Positions 63,633 to 64,000 of a stretch of DNA of 64,000 bases are shown one piece after another. Below the pieces are notes generated by a model. It was given only the letters and a program-made list of their open reading frames with translations. It was not told the DNA's origin and did no database searches. Origin of the DNA: Squalus acanthias (Eukaryota); the NCBI GenBank assembly GCA_030390025.1, contig CM059432.1, forward strand, positions 47,866,001 through 47,930,000, given 5' to 3'. The stretch's first letter is position 1. Each line of letters begins with the position of its first letter. The position numbers and the translations under genes were made by a program.

Positions 63633-64000
63633 GTTGTCCAGTTCATTGCAAGTGGATAGTTTTATGATGCCCCTGATCCTTCTGGAAAGCCAACACATTT
63701 TCATATTGTACTCTAGGTGGCAATCGAAATAGAGATAGAAATGCAGCATCACAAGAGCAAGAAAAATTAATTAGCACACAAAATAATAAATACACTCTTG
63801 TGATTTGACAGGGAAGTATGTGCTACATGTTTCTAGAAAAATAAGTTAATTGGGATATTTCTCCTAAATCCCAGACAAGGTTAGAACAGAGGTGGAATAT
63901 CTTAGTCAAGTTAATTCAAAGTTGTTTTTTGCGGAATAAAAAATCTGATCATCTAGTAGTTTAGTTTAAGCGATTTAAATGAGACAGCACAGGAAGTGTT

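Noticed and set aside
63900..64000. Promoter of the next gene (ATP6V0D2 by human synteny)
   Set aside because: Only an ETS-like CAGGAAGT is visible; there is no exon in the window to support it.

Overview
Vertebrate, repeat-dense DNA, most likely from a cartilaginous fish (inferred from its V-SINE/HE1-like, DeuSINE, CR1 and L2 repertoire). The only host gene I can support is the first coding exon of a PSKH-family kinase on the minus strand (1546..1320; the intron position favours PSKH2). The remaining ~62 kb upstream is a layered transposon landscape. (1) An apparently intact 4164-bp autonomous PIF/Harbinger transposon (convergent DDE transposase and 3-exon Myb/SANT gene, TAA TSD) sits inside a full-length CR1, which sits inside an L2. 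(2) There are three or four decayed Harbinger families and about 13 non-autonomous derivatives. Six of these form a ~750-bp family built from serial hairpins with compensatory base changes and same-strand arrays of 5' splice-site motifs. (3) An ORF1-less LINE begins with a tRNA-like Pol III head, and its internally deleted SINE form is also present in the window. (4) Penelope-type fragments carry minimal hammerhead ribozyme motifs. All coordinates were read by eye; boundaries of old repeats are approximate.
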